A stretch of 64,000 bases of DNA from Candidatus Gottesmanbacteria bacterium UBA6580 (GTDB lineage Bacteria > Patescibacteriota > Microgenomatia > UBA10105 > UBA927), in NCBI GenBank assembly GCA_002433895.1, contig DJJA01000003.1:175788-239787 (forward strand), in the 5' to 3' direction. Of this stretch, positions 1-9,823 are shown in pieces. Each line of letters opens with the position of its first letter. The stretch's first letter is position 1. A program made the position numbers and the translations under genes. Below the pieces are notes generated by a model. It saw only the letters and a list, made by a program, of their open reading frames with translations, made no database searches and had not been told where the DNA came from.

Positions 1-254
1 TGCGATAGGACACTTGTGGGTCTTCTTGGTGAGAACCGTTGGGCAAAGGAGGTGTCATCCACCCGTTTGACGATGCTGTCTATCCACCCGTAAGCAAGCG
101 CTTCCAATACCGCGTCGTCATACGAAATGCGCGGTTTCCCTGAATCTTTTTTATAAAAAATAAGCCAGATGTCCGGCGCAGTAGCATGATTTTTTTCGAG
201 CCATTTGCGCCACACAGACCGTTTGGTGACATAAAGCGTGTTGCCGATTTTCAT
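1..254 (-). CDS. YdeI/OmpD-associated family protein (partial, runs off window start)
   Basis: Manual translation from ATG at 254: MKIGNTLYVTKRSVWRKWLEKNH...IWLIFYKKDSGKPRISYDDAVLEALAYGWIDS...QRFSPRR, typical YdeI N-terminus; not in the ORF track because there is no stop in the window. Confidence 0.8.
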   Translation of the reverse strand, partial: MKIGNTLYVTKRSVWRKWLEKNHATAPDIWLIFYKKDSGKPRISYDDAVLEALAYGWIDSIVKRVDDTSFAQRFSPRRPTSVLS

Positions 255-345
255 GGAATATCACTATTGTAATACAACAGGAACAATAACCGCGGTGGGC
301 GACGGAGTTTCGCACAACTGCTATAAAAGCCGCTATAATAGATAT

Positions 346-855
346 ATGAAGAAAAAAATAAAAAAATCATCCGTACACCACCGCAAGCCGTTGTCACATA
401 AAATCGGGGCAGCACTTCTGACCTACGCAAAAACCCAGCTCGTACTCATGAGTGTCGTCACTGTCGTTACCTGGATTACTCTTTCGAAGCTCGGAGTGCA
501 GTTTGCCTTGTTACTCGCGCTTATTACCGGGTCAGTATCCGTTATTCCGATTGTCGGAATTACGACGGCTGCGATTATCGCCAGTGGAGTGGCGATATTT
601 GACACTATCCGTTTTCTACCCAACACCTCGGTGCTTCTGGAAGGTTTTGTAGTACTTACAATGTACGCACTTCTCAATATCGTGATCGACTATTTTCTAT
701 CACCGTATCTTGTCGGGAAGTCATCTGGGATCAATCCATACGCGCTGCTTTTTTTCGTACTCATCGGTACATGGTTTTTCGGAATATGGGGAGCCCTCCT
801 CACCATGCCGGCGGTACTTGTTGGTAGAGTAATAAGCGAACATTACAATAAGTAA
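346..855 (+). CDS. AI-2E family (PerM-like) transporter, short form
   Basis: Hydrophobic protein with IPIVG and C-terminal P-x-LVG...GINP...FGIWGALLTMP motifs; start moved to ATG 346, which has TATAAT 6 nt upstream. Confidence 0.7.
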   Translation: MKKKIKKSSVHHRKPLSHKIGAALLTYAKTQLVLMSVVTVVTWITLSKLGVQFALLLALITGSVSVIPIVGITTAAIIASGVAIFDTIRFLPNTSVLLEGFVVLTMYALLNIVIDYFLSPYLVGKSSGINPYALLFFVLIGTWFFGIWGALLTMPAVLVGRVISEHYNK

Positions 856-881
856 ACCACCATGAGTGATATGATGGGAGA

Positions 882-2315
882 GTGATGGCGAAGATTTTTG
901 TCGCGATATTTACAGCAGGTATTGTGTCTCTTCTTTTGGAGCTCACACTGCTCCGTGAGTTTGTCTATGTCATAGGAGCGAGTGCGTTTTCAAATTCCCT
1001 GATTATTTCCGTCTTTTTGGCTGGGTTGGCTGCGGGTACATATGTAGGAATTTGGAAACGGTTTAAATCAAAAAACGAACGCGCTGCCCGGAAAAAGTTT
1101 GCATTTTTACAGGCTAACCTCATTGTAGGTGTATTTCTATTCTATTTTACGAAAGATTATTTCGTGTATATCAGCCCGAGCCAAGGGGCAGTGATTGCAT
1201 ATTTTATCGTTGCGACGTTTTTTCCCTCATTCATTGCCGGGGTGGCGTACACGACCGCCATAGAGCTGCTTTATCATAAAGGCGAGCGTTACATCATATA
1301 TATTTATGCCGTGAGTACTATCGGCAATGTTATCGGTGGACTATTGTATGGGTATGTTTTTGTTTACCTTTTTGGTCAACAAATGTCATATATCACCGCC
1401 ATTAGTTTTTCAGCGCTCGCGATATTTCTTATATACCCGTTTAAAAAAATTGCGCACGGCCTGTGGATTGTCGTGCTGATTTCATTTCTTGTCTGGTGTA
1501 TACAAAGCGGTATTGTGCATGACCGGCTGTACCGGTTTGATAATTTGCTGTACCGGAAATATAGCCCGTCCGGGCTGGTAGAAGTCTGGAAAACAGATGA
1601 CAACGAGGCGGTAGAAATGACGGTAAATAATGTGCATGAATATTACAGTTATGACTGGGACAGGAAAGTGCACGCAGAGTGGGCATACACGACGCTCGAA
1701 ATTGTTGGGGGAGCCGCGGACGTGCTGCTTTTGGGGTACGGCAGCGGGGTATCGTCAGCGGCATATCTTTCATCCCCAAAAGTGAATAGCGTGGATACAG
1801 TGGAAAACACCGCGCCTGTGCTAGAAGCAGGCGCAATTTATTTTCCAGAAGAATACCGGTCCGTTACGACCGATATACGGTCGCGGATAATTCTCCGGGA
1901 TTTTCGTAACTATATCCGCTTTACCGACAAAAAATATGATGTGGTGCTTTTGGATCACAGTATTATCGACCCGTATTACAGTGGTTTTTTTACATTGGAG
2001 TTTTATGCACAACTCAAAAAAATATTAAAGCCGGGTGGGGTGGTTGCCAGCTTGGGAGTGGGATTGTCTTACGATACGATGCGTACGGCGTTTCCTTATG
2101 TATATAGATACAGCGCGCCCGGTAGGGAGCTTATTAGTGACAGTGGATTTTTTCTGTCAGTATCCCCCTTCAGAGCGGAAGTCGTTACAGACTATACTGA
2201 AGCAGGGTTAGAGTTTTTTGGGGAGCCAATTTATTCTGACCGTAGGGTGACTGGTAATTCTCCCGGCACCGCGCTGAAGGCAATAAAGCCGAGGGTGTCG
2301 CGATCGCTGTTTTAA
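882..2315 (+). CDS. Fused membrane domain / spermidine synthase-like SAM-dependent protein
   Basis: Multi-TM N-terminus followed by VLLLGYGSG, VDTVE, DFRNY, KYDVVLLD, FTLEFY...LKPGG. Confidence 0.8.
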   Translation: MMAKIFVAIFTAGIVSLLLELTLLREFVYVIGASAFSNSLIISVFLAGLAAGTYVGIWKRFKSKNERAARKKFAFLQANLIVGVFLFYFTKDYFVYISPSQGAVIAYFIVATFFPSFIAGVAYTTAIELLYHKGERYIIYIYAVSTIGNVIGGLLYGYVFVYLFGQQMSYITAISFSALAIFLIYPFKKIAHGLWIVVLISFLVWCIQSGIVHDRLYRFDNLLYRKYSPSGLVEVWKTDDNEAVEMTVNNVHEYYSYDWDRKVHAEWAYTTLEIVGGAADVLLLGYGSGVSSAAYLSSPKVNSVDTVENTAPVLEAGAIYFPEEYRSVTTDIRSRIILRDFRNYIRFTDKKYDVVLLDHSIIDPYYSGFFTLEFYAQLKKILKPGGVVASLGVGLSYDTMRTAFPYVYRYSAPGRELISDSGFFLSVSPFRAEVVTDYTEAGLEFFGEPIYSDRRVTGNSPGTALKAIKPRVSRSLF

Positions 2316-2356
2316 CGTAACATACTTACATATACCGACAGATGGTATCTCTATAA

Positions 2357-3484
2357 ATGATGCAAAAGGCAAAACAACATAGGTGGCTAAACGGATGGGT
2401 TATTCTTTTATTGTCGGCAGTAACGCTTGCAGCGGTTGGCGTTGGTGTGCTCTGGCTTGTCCGTGCCATGCGGGAGCCAGACGTGTATAAGCCAACGGGC
2501 ATGATCAATCAAGTATTTCCGGTACAAAAAAATGAGGAAGAAAATATTCATGTAAAAGAACCGGGCACGAGCGCGTTGTTGCCGGGTGCTAAGTGGGTAC
2601 CTCAAACATTTAATAACTGTGGTCCCGCCACGACATCCATGATTTTGCAGTACTTTGGTTTTGACGTCGGCCAGAATGAAACAAAAGCCAAACTGCGGAC
2701 CAATCCAGATGACACAAATGTGTTTACCTATGAGATAGCCGAGTATCTCAGGGATGATTTTGGTATTGAGTCGAAATTATTTTATGGGGGAGACATAGCG
2801 TTACTAAAAAAGTTGGTTGCGAATGGATTTTATGTCGTGGTCGAGGATTGGTTGCACCCCAACGAAGATATTGGGCACGTCACGATTATCCGGGGGTATG
2901 ACGACGAGCAAGGGGTGTTTATCGCAGACGATTCGTATATCGGTGTGAATATTACCTATCCCTATGAACAGTTTGCCAAGACACAGTGGAAAGCATTTAA
3001 TTACGAATATTTGCCGGTATACCGGCCGGGAAGCGAAGCGCTACTCCGGGCAATTGTAGGAGATGTATGGGACGAGACGATAATGCGTGAGAAAGCAGTC
3101 CGTATCGCGAGAAACGAAATCGCGCAGAACGAAAATGACATGTACGCGTGGTTTAATTTGGGAACCAACCTTTACGCGCTTGGCGATTATGCTGGGGCAA
3201 AACAGGCATTTGAGCGGTCGCAGTCTATCGGCTGGCCGAGAAGGATGCTCTGGTATCAGATACAACCGATACAGACGTATAACGAACTTGGTGAATATGA
3301 CACCGCAATAAAATACGCCAATATCGCGTTGTTGAGCAACGATTCATTCGCTGAAGCGCATCTGGAAAAAGCAATTGCTTATAAAGGTCTGGGAAATAGA
3401 GAGAAGGCGCGCGAAGAAGCAAACAGGGCGGTTTTCTTTTATCCGGAATTTAGTAAAGCGAAAGATTTTTTGGCAGCTTTATAG
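2357..3484 (+). CDS. Membrane-anchored C39-like cysteine peptidase with C-terminal TPR repeats
   Basis: N-terminal TM; QTFNNCGPAT (catalytic Cys), GHVTIIRGYD (His), AWFNLG-type TPRs. Confidence 0.8.
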   Translation: MMQKAKQHRWLNGWVILLLSAVTLAAVGVGVLWLVRAMREPDVYKPTGMINQVFPVQKNEEENIHVKEPGTSALLPGAKWVPQTFNNCGPATTSMILQYFGFDVGQNETKAKLRTNPDDTNVFTYEIAEYLRDDFGIESKLFYGGDIALLKKLVANGFYVVVEDWLHPNEDIGHVTIIRGYDDEQGVFIADDSYIGVNITYPYEQFAKTQWKAFNYEYLPVYRPGSEALLRAIVGDVWDETIMREKAVRIARNEIAQNENDMYAWFNLGTNLYALGDYAGAKQAFERSQSIGWPRRMLWYQIQPIQTYNELGEYDTAIKYANIALLSNDSFAEAHLEKAIAYKGLGNREKAREEANRAVFFYPEFSKAKDFLAAL

Positions 3485-3534
3485 CGTATTTCCTGCAGCA
3501 CACGTAGATACATATATAGCGGCGTTATATTTCT

Positions 3535-5019
3535 ATGTCCAATATTTTTAAAGCTTCGGTTATTATCGGCGTTTCGTTCGGTATCAATAAACTGCTCGGT
3601 CTTGCTCGTCAATATTTTATTGCGGCGCAGTTCGGTTTTACTCCCGAAATAGACGCGTTTAATGTGGCAAATAATATGCCCGATCTTATATTTTCGTTGT
3701 TTTCCGGAGGGGCGCTCGCGATGGCATTTATTCCGGTATTTGCGGAGTATCTGGATGTAGAGGGGCGAGATCTTTCGTGGAAGTTGTTTTCGAAAGTAGC
3801 AACGCTGCTGTTTACCATCACCGCGGTGGCATCACTTGGTGTCGCGTGGTTCGCGCCGGTGCTCGTCAGTTCCCCAGTAGGAGTAGCGCCCGGATTTTCC
3901 CCGTCTCAGCAGGAACTGGTAGTGACATTGCTCCGCATTAACTTGATCGCGACTCTACTGTTTTCATTAAGCGGATTGGTGACGGCCTCGCTTCAGGCGC
4001 ACAAACATTTTTTGTTGCCGGCGATCGCGCCGGTATTTTATAACATTGGTATTGTTTTTGGGGCCGTAGTGCTTGCGCCTGCCATGGGGATATTCGGGCT
4101 TATGTATGGGGTAGTGCTGGGATCGCTCTTGCATTTAGTCGTGCAAATACCAGCTCTATTGCGTTATACATTCCGGTTTTCTTTTTCGCTTGATGTGAAG
4201 GACCCCGAGCTAGTAAAAATATTGCGCCTGATGGGTCCCAGAATTCTTACCGTCCTTTTTATACAAATGACTTTTTTGTTACGGGATAATTTTGCCTCAC
4301 GGTTAGAGCCTGGATCGGTGACTGCGTTAACCTACGGGTATTTCATCATGCAGGTACCGGAGACGCTTATCGGTACGTCTATCGCCATAGCATTGTTGCC
4401 TTCGCTTTCGGCATTTGTCAGCAAAAATATGCAGAAAGAGTTTGCGCAAGCGTTGTCCGCGTCTATCCGCGTGCTTATTGCCGCCTCGCTTATCGCGAGC
4501 GTGTTGGTGTTTGGTGTGCTGGCGACCTTAATTGAGTATGTATTTGATTTTTCAGCATCACACGCAGAGTTATTGGTGATGACGACATATGCATTTATGG
4601 GAGGATTATTGGCACATACTCTCATGGAGATATTGGTACGGGCTTTTTACGCACGGCAACAGGCGGTGATTCCGATGTACGCAACACTGATCCGCACCGT
4701 ACTGTTTATTGTTCTTGGAGTTATGCTGTATCAGCAAACGGGAGCAGTCGGAATAGCGGCAATTGATTCCGTCACGGTCGCTGTTGAAGCAGTAATATTG
4801 CTGGTGCTGCTTTGGCCGGCGCTCACGAACAAATTTGAGATTGCCAAGACGCTCTGGCGGTCTATCGCGGGGAGCATCGTGGGGATAGGCATTATATGGG
4901 GAGTATTTTCATATTTTCATGTACCGGTAGTTGTACAGATAACCACCGCAATAATCGCCGTTACGGCAGTCTACGTTGTTTTTGTCACAAAAGAGGTAAA
5001 GTTGCTTATCAAGCTCTAA
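3535..5019 (+). CDS. murJ: Lipid II flippase MurJ (MviN)
   Basis: KLLGLARQ..IAAQFG...DAFNVANNMPD, GGALAMAFIPVF, many TM helices. Confidence 0.92.
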   Translation: MSNIFKASVIIGVSFGINKLLGLARQYFIAAQFGFTPEIDAFNVANNMPDLIFSLFSGGALAMAFIPVFAEYLDVEGRDLSWKLFSKVATLLFTITAVASLGVAWFAPVLVSSPVGVAPGFSPSQQELVVTLLRINLIATLLFSLSGLVTASLQAHKHFLLPAIAPVFYNIGIVFGAVVLAPAMGIFGLMYGVVLGSLLHLVVQIPALLRYTFRFSFSLDVKDPELVKILRLMGPRILTVLFIQMTFLLRDNFASRLEPGSVTALTYGYFIMQVPETLIGTSIAIALLPSLSAFVSKNMQKEFAQALSASIRVLIAASLIASVLVFGVLATLIEYVFDFSASHAELLVMTTYAFMGGLLAHTLMEILVRAFYARQQAVIPMYATLIRTVLFIVLGVMLYQQTGAVGIAAIDSVTVAVEAVILLVLLWPALTNKFEIAKTLWRSIAGSIVGIGIIWGVFSYFHVPVVVQITTAIIAVTAVYVVFVTKEVKLLIKL

Positions 5020-5057
5020 ACGAAACCAACCCTTTCGGGTCGGCTATCGTTTTTTTG
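5019..5057. terminator. Intrinsic terminator between convergent genes
   Basis: Imperfect hairpin around ACCC-TTTC-GGGT followed by a T run. Confidence 0.6.
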
Positions 5058-5072
5058 CAGTGATTGTGTCAC

Positions 5073-5363
5073 TTATTGAGCAGCTTTGACGACGTCTTTG
5101 GATGCGTCCTTTACTGCGGTGATTACTTTTTCCACTTTTTCTTTTCCTTCTTCAATTTTTCCTTCAACATTCTCTTTTAGATCATCTATCTTGTCTTTCG
5201 CCGCATCGATAGCTTTTTCTGCTTTTTTGCGGCTATTTTTATTTGCTAACACCGCAACACCCGCAATTCCTACTGCGGCTGCTCCGACAACTGCACCGGC
5301 TACTGCTGCTACCGCCGGGTTAACGCCGCCTTTTTTGTCTTCCGGTTTATTTTGATCGTTCAT
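5073..5363 (-). CDS. Small membrane-anchored coiled-coil protein (YtxH-like)
   Basis: Gly/Ala-rich TM followed by a charged helical tail; strong SD AAGGAGGTG upstream. Confidence 0.65.
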   Translation of the reverse strand: MNDQNKPEDKKGGVNPAVAAVAGAVVGAAAVGIAGVAVLANKNSRKKAEKAIDAAKDKIDDLKENVEGKIEEGKEKVEKVITAVKDASKDVVKAAQ

Positions 5364-5523
5364 TTATTTTTTTCACCTCCTTTCATACGTATATCTATAA
5401 GGTATCATACCCGCGGCGGGAGTTTATTTGGGGGGAAAGTTATCCCCGGTAAGAAACGGTGCGTGTCGTGACATAAAGAGGATTTCGCGTTGTAGGAACA
5501 CCGTGGTGGTATAATACATGTGG

Positions 5524-6002
5524 ATGTTTACAAGTTCTCCTAAGAAAGATTTTGTTCTCGTCAGGCATCTTTCCGATGTCTGACTTGCCGCGCCATCATT
5601 TCCAATGCTTCCATAGGAACGAAACACCGCAATCATTGCCCGCTTTGTTTGTGGTCGAAACACCTCGATCATGCTATTCCCGGAGATAGGAAGTCTTCCT
5701 GTAATGCGAGGATGAGGCCGGTAGGCTTAGTCTTTAAAGACGCCTCCTATAATGCCTATACCGATAGTATTATCGGGGAGCTGATGGTTGTCCATATATG
5801 CCTCGGTTGCGGCAAGATTTCCGGTAACAGGATTGCAGGAGATGATAATCCGTATAGCATCATAGGCTTATTGGAAACACCAAGTGCATTGCCGGGGGAG
5901 TTAACTGCCAGACTGAAATATCAGGGTATAGTGTTGTTGAGCCGAAACGACGAACAGACTGTCCGGAGAATTTTGTATGGCAATCCGGGATGCGCCGGCT
6001 AA
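5524..6002 (+). pseudogene. RNHCP-domain zinc-binding protein, apparently frameshifted near the start
   Basis: The frame of ORF 5649-6002 extends upstream as FRCLTC...TKHRNHCPLCLWSKH but hits TAA at 5541; ATGs at 5518 and 5524 are in a different frame. Confidence 0.7.
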
Positions 6003-6005
6003 CAG

Positions 6006-6512
6006 TTATCGCCATGTTTTATCGCCAATATAACCAAGCGCGTCAATTTTGGGGTCATATAATTCTATCAAGTCTAAGTCAGGGCGGTTGAGTATTTTCA
6101 TACCTTTCATGAGGGGATTTTTCTGCACTAACTGTTTGAGCTGCGCATATTTTTCGGGCTCGAGGAAAAAATCAATATCACCGACTTGAGGTTTTAAAGC
6201 ATCGGGCTTGCGGATGTACAGATGCGTGTAGGTAGCCGCAGGGGCGGTGTCCGTTGCAGGGATAACACATGGCTCGTATAGCCTGAAATACTTTCCGTAG
6301 ACGCTGTCAGACAAGTCGGTGAGTTCAGCACGCAACCGGGTGAGGAATGTATATTCGTCATCGTAGTGACAGAAGATCCCTATGTTTCCGGCAACCGGTA
6401 GATGATGTCCCGTGAGTTGTTTGCAGAGCGCGTGGCACGCGGCGTGTATATGGTTTATTGCCGCAAGCAATTGTTCTTTGTTTGATATTGGGCTGAAGCG
6501 GAATGGTTTCAT
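6006..6512 (-). CDS. Hypothetical protein
   Basis: ATG at 6512 overlaps the upstream stop (ATGA coupling); the longer start in the ORF track overlaps the upstream gene. Confidence 0.65.
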   Translation of the reverse strand: MKPFRFSPISNKEQLLAAINHIHAACHALCKQLTGHHLPVAGNIGIFCHYDDEYTFLTRLRAELTDLSDSVYGKYFRLYEPCVIPATDTAPAATYTHLYIRKPDALKPQVGDIDFFLEPEKYAQLKQLVQKNPLMKGMKILNRPDLDLIELYDPKIDALGYIGDKTWR

Positions 6513-6808
6513 TTTTTGTTGAGTATTGCCCGAACCGAAGGGCTTATTTTTTTGTCTTTCCGGTGAATACAACCGATCCAGCAGCAGGGGCGCCGCATGC
6601 CTTCCTGAAGTTCGCTGATAACCCTTTTCACATGGTCTTTTCTTGTTTCGTCTTTTTTGACGAATGTGACCCAGCAAATCCACTCGTTGCGTGAGAGGGG
6701 AGTGAGACTTTCCCAGACCGCAAGCGCCTTTGGCGCGGCCAACAGTGCTTCACGTAAATCAGCGGGAACAGTGTGCACCACGCCATCTGAAATACTTTTT
6801 TTCGTCAT
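6509..6808 (-). CDS. YdeI/OmpD-associated family protein (short)
   Basis: VPADLREAL...WESLTPLSRNEWICWV...RRPCCWIGCIHR. Confidence 0.8.
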   Translation of the reverse strand: MTKKSISDGVVHTVPADLREALLAAPKALAVWESLTPLSRNEWICWVTFVKKDETRKDHVKRVISELQEGMRRPCCWIGCIHRKDKKISPSVRAILNKK

Positions 6809-6891
6809 ACGGTAATTGTAACAAATGTGTTTATTGTCCTACATGTACAAAGAATTAGAGTCTAATAAGGGATGCTTAATTAGCAGATCTA

Positions 6892-6930
6892 AAACAACAA
6901 TCCCCACGATGACGGTGAGGATTGTTGTTT
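6892..6930 (-). terminator. Intrinsic terminator hairpin
   Basis: AAACAACAATC...GATTGTTGTTT inverted repeat just downstream of ORF 6943-7656. Confidence 0.6.
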
Positions 6931-6942
6931 GTCTTTAGTAGC

Positions 6943-7656
6943 TTAATTTGCGAATAGTTTAAACAACCATCCAAACGCACTAAATGACTTTTCTTCAAGA
7001 GCTATTCTATCTTGTAAGGCCACATTCTGATCTACCATTGCCCGGATTGTTTCTTGCACCTGGTCAATTTCTTCTTGGTTAACGAGTTGACTCTGTAATT
7101 CTTCCAGCTGTTGTATGCGCAACTGGTTCTGTTCCATTTGCTTTTGCATATTTTTCAAAGCGCTAAAGTCGGGTCCAATAATGGCTTTAAGTATTCCACC
7201 CCGGCCATCAACTTTTTCCAGCGCAGTTTGTATTTGCACCTGAGCAGACTTCTGTTCTTGAGCGATCACTTTGACTTGCTGACCAATGCCACCCTGCATT
7301 GTTTTGGTAATGAGCAGCTCCTCGACTTTTTGAGCAGCTTTACTCACGCTTTGTGTGGCCGTCCCACTTCGAGGTGATGTTTCTTTTTGCGTGCCCTGGC
7401 CTTGTGTCTCCTGACTACCACTGACATTCTCCTGTTCCTGAGTGTTTGCATTTATTTGCGAGTCCCCACCCTCGTTTTGTGTTTCTACTTGAATTTGGTT
7501 TTGTATCTGATTGGCGGCCGGAGATAGAGTAACTTGTGCTTTCTGTTGCGTTTGTGATCCCGAGCCCTGCGCCATTATTTTGTTATTTGTGATAAAGACT
7601 GGAGATGCGGCGAACAACAAAGCAAAAACCGGTATGATCGAAACGATGTTAATCAT
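6943..7656 (-). CDS. Secreted Gln-rich coiled-coil protein
   Basis: Signal peptide, low-complexity linker, helical C-terminus ending FSAFGWLFKLF; SD AAGGAGGTG. Confidence 0.7.
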   Translation of the reverse strand: MINIVSIIPVFALLFAASPVFITNNKIMAQGSGSQTQQKAQVTLSPAANQIQNQIQVETQNEGGDSQINANTQEQENVSGSQETQGQGTQKETSPRSGTATQSVSKAAQKVEELLITKTMQGGIGQQVKVIAQEQKSAQVQIQTALEKVDGRGGILKAIIGPDFSALKNMQKQMEQNQLRIQQLEELQSQLVNQEEIDQVQETIRAMVDQNVALQDRIALEEKSFSAFGWLFKLFAN

Positions 7657-7706
7657 ATTTTATTCACCTCCTTTCATCTCATTTGTATAAATTAGCCATC
7701 GAATTG

Positions 7707-8240
7707 CTAATCGTCCTTCTGAGAAAATCTACCCTGCACTTGACCCCACTTTTTTACCGGTTTATAGGGAGTGATTTTATTTTGTTCTTCAATTTGTCGG
7801 TAGAAATGTCGCATTGGTCCCTGACGAAGCCGTGAGTTATTGAGGCCTAAGTAATCCAAAACAAAGCCGGCAAGCACGATGGAAACGATGAATCCGCCAC
7901 TGATGAGCCAGAAGTTTTCCTTGTAGGAAAAGTCATATTTTTTTAGTATCAGTATGCCTAACGTGATGCCGGTTACGGCAAGGAGCGGCACCCACAGGGG
8001 GAAGTTGTTGAGCATGGTTTGCAGGTGCCATTGCCCCATTGGTCCATGTTGACGGAGTAAAAATAAGGTGATATTAGTGAGAAAAACAGCTCCGATGGTG
8101 AAGCTCGTAAAACCCGCCATTATAAGGAGTGACCCCAATGCAAAGTACCAGCGCGGCTTCATTGAAATCTTGTTGGATTTCACTTTTGCCATGATGATTT
8201 TTTCGAAATTTACTGATGTTATTTGTGACTTCTGAGACAT
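7707..8240 (-). CDS. Three-TM membrane protein, probable anti-sigma factor
   Basis: Overlaps the 3' end of the ECF sigma gene; three hydrophobic segments; role inferred from context. Confidence 0.6.
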   Translation of the reverse strand: MSQKSQITSVNFEKIIMAKVKSNKISMKPRWYFALGSLLIMAGFTSFTIGAVFLTNITLFLLRQHGPMGQWHLQTMLNNFPLWVPLLAVTGITLGILILKKYDFSYKENFWLISGGFIVSIVLAGFVLDYLGLNNSRLRQGPMRHFYRQIEEQNKITPYKPVKKWGQVQGRFSQKDD

Positions 8241-8767
8241 AGTTTTTTCATAATTCCGCGGGCCCGGCTGACTCGTGTGCCAACCGTGCTAACGGGAATA
8301 CGTAAGATATCGCTTATTTCTTCATACGATTTTTCTTCAAGATAAAAAAGTGATAATGGCTCTTTATATAGTAAAGGCATTTGATCGAGACAGTGATGGG
8401 TATGGTTGACGAGTTCGCTTTTTATGAACTCATTTTCCAGATTAACGCCGCTATCAAATCCTGCGTGATCGTATATCGATTGCTGTATGTTGCGCCTGCC
8501 CAGTGTATTTATAGCCTCGTTATGTGCGATGCGGTATATCCAGCTGGAAAATTTCTTTTTGACATCAAACCCATTGAGATTTATGTAGGCTTTGATAAGG
8601 CTTTCCTGTACAACATCTGCTCCTGTTTGTCCGTCTTTTATGATGGAGCGCGCATATCTCATAAGCTTATTTTGGTACCGTTTAATAATCTCTGCATATG
8701 CTTCCTTGTCTTTGCTACGGACAATATCAATTACTTCCTCGTCTGATAAGCCGGATATGTCACTCAT
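8219..8767 (-). CDS. ECF-type RNA polymerase sigma factor
   Basis: Region 2 DVVQE..IKAY...FSSWIYRIAHN; region 4 SYEEISDILRIPVSTVGTRVSRAR. Confidence 0.92.
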   Translation of the reverse strand: MSDISGLSDEEVIDIVRSKDKEAYAEIIKRYQNKLMRYARSIIKDGQTGADVVQESLIKAYINLNGFDVKKKFSSWIYRIAHNEAINTLGRRNIQQSIYDHAGFDSGVNLENEFIKSELVNHTHHCLDQMPLLYKEPLSLFYLEEKSYEEISDILRIPVSTVGTRVSRARGIMKKLCLRSHK

Positions 8768-8885
8768 GATAATTTAATTTAGTATACGCCGCCTTTGGAT
8801 AGCACATATGTGCGTTAGGTTACACACTGCTGAAACCTCACTCATAGGTATATAAGTGAGGCATCAGCGTTTCGTATAAAGATGG

Positions 8886-9260
8886 TTAACGGTTCATCCT
8901 GCCGCCTCCCATTCCCTGACCCGGGCAGGTTCCGTTGCGGAGTCCCAGTCCGAGTTCTACTTTTATTTTGTTGGCTTCATCAAGTTTTCCTTGCTCGGCA
9001 AGCTCGTGCGCTTCGGCAAACTTAGCAAAATTTTGAGCGTTTATTACCTGAGTTACTCTGCCTTTCCCCGTCATGAGCGTTTTCCAGGTATTGTAGTCTT
9101 TTGTTTCAAACGCTTTTTCCATGGCTGCATGGCGTTCTTCGGTGTAGTTCGGGCCTTTGACGGCCGGATTATCTCTGTAAGCAAGTGCTGTCCGTGGAGC
9201 AAGCATTGTTCCTCCGAGAGCGAGTGCGGTTAATCCGAGAAATATTGTTGCTTTGGTCAT
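8886..9260 (-). CDS. Small secreted protein upstream of the ECF sigma
   Basis: Signal peptide ending ALA; Gly/Met-rich tail; ATG 9260 has SD GGAGGTG. Confidence 0.7.
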   Translation of the reverse strand: MTKATIFLGLTALALGGTMLAPRTALAYRDNPAVKGPNYTEERHAAMEKAFETKDYNTWKTLMTGKGRVTQVINAQNFAKFAEAHELAEQGKLDEANKIKVELGLGLRNGTCPGQGMGGGRMNR

Positions 9261-9460
9261 ACTGTTTTTCACCTCCCTTCACAAATAGAGTTTTGTGTGT
9301 CTGCCAGTAATACAGACGAAAGGGGTGTTTTCTTTCAGGCAAATTATTTAAAGAAAAAAGTAACTTCCGGGGAAATTTCAGAAACGCTCTACTCTCTGTT
9401 TGCTGGGTTTGTGATGACCACCTTGGCCTAATATGCGGGGCGCTGGCTTAAAAAGCGGGG

Positions 9461-9748
9461 TTATTTTTCGGTAAATGATAATCCTTTTTTGTTTAATGCG
9501 TCTTTCAGCATTGTTAATGCCCTTGGTCCAAACCCGTGAAGAGACAATAACTCTTTTTCACTATAGTTTGTAATATCGTGAAGTGTTTTTATACCCGCGT
9601 TATCTATCGCGCGGAATGCGGGCGCACCTATGTTGGGGAATTCATCGCCAAATTTATTAGCCATTGCTTCGTTTGAACACTTTGGGCAGACGGGGCAGGA
9701 GCTGCTTTTCTCAAAAGAGTGACCGTTTTTGCAGATGTTAGTAGTCAT
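9461..9748 (-). CDS. RNA polymerase alpha-CTD-like (HhH) protein with N-terminal Cys/His motif
   Basis: CKNGH...CPVCPKC then IGAPAFRAIDNAGI.TL...SEKELLSLHGFGP. Confidence 0.75.
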   Translation of the reverse strand: MTTNICKNGHSFEKSSSCPVCPKCSNEAMANKFGDEFPNIGAPAFRAIDNAGIKTLHDITNYSEKELLSLHGFGPRALTMLKDALNKKGLSFTEK

Positions 9749-9823
9749 AGATAGAAAATATCGGGAATTTAATGTTCCGGGCTGATAATTTCATCAAAAA
9801 AACGAAGATGTCTGTTTACGGCG

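Noticed and set aside
9311-9340. Possible ECF promoter TGAAAG...CGTCT upstream of the secreted gene
   Set aside because: The spacer is only 13 nt, shorter than the usual 16 or so, and it is a single instance.
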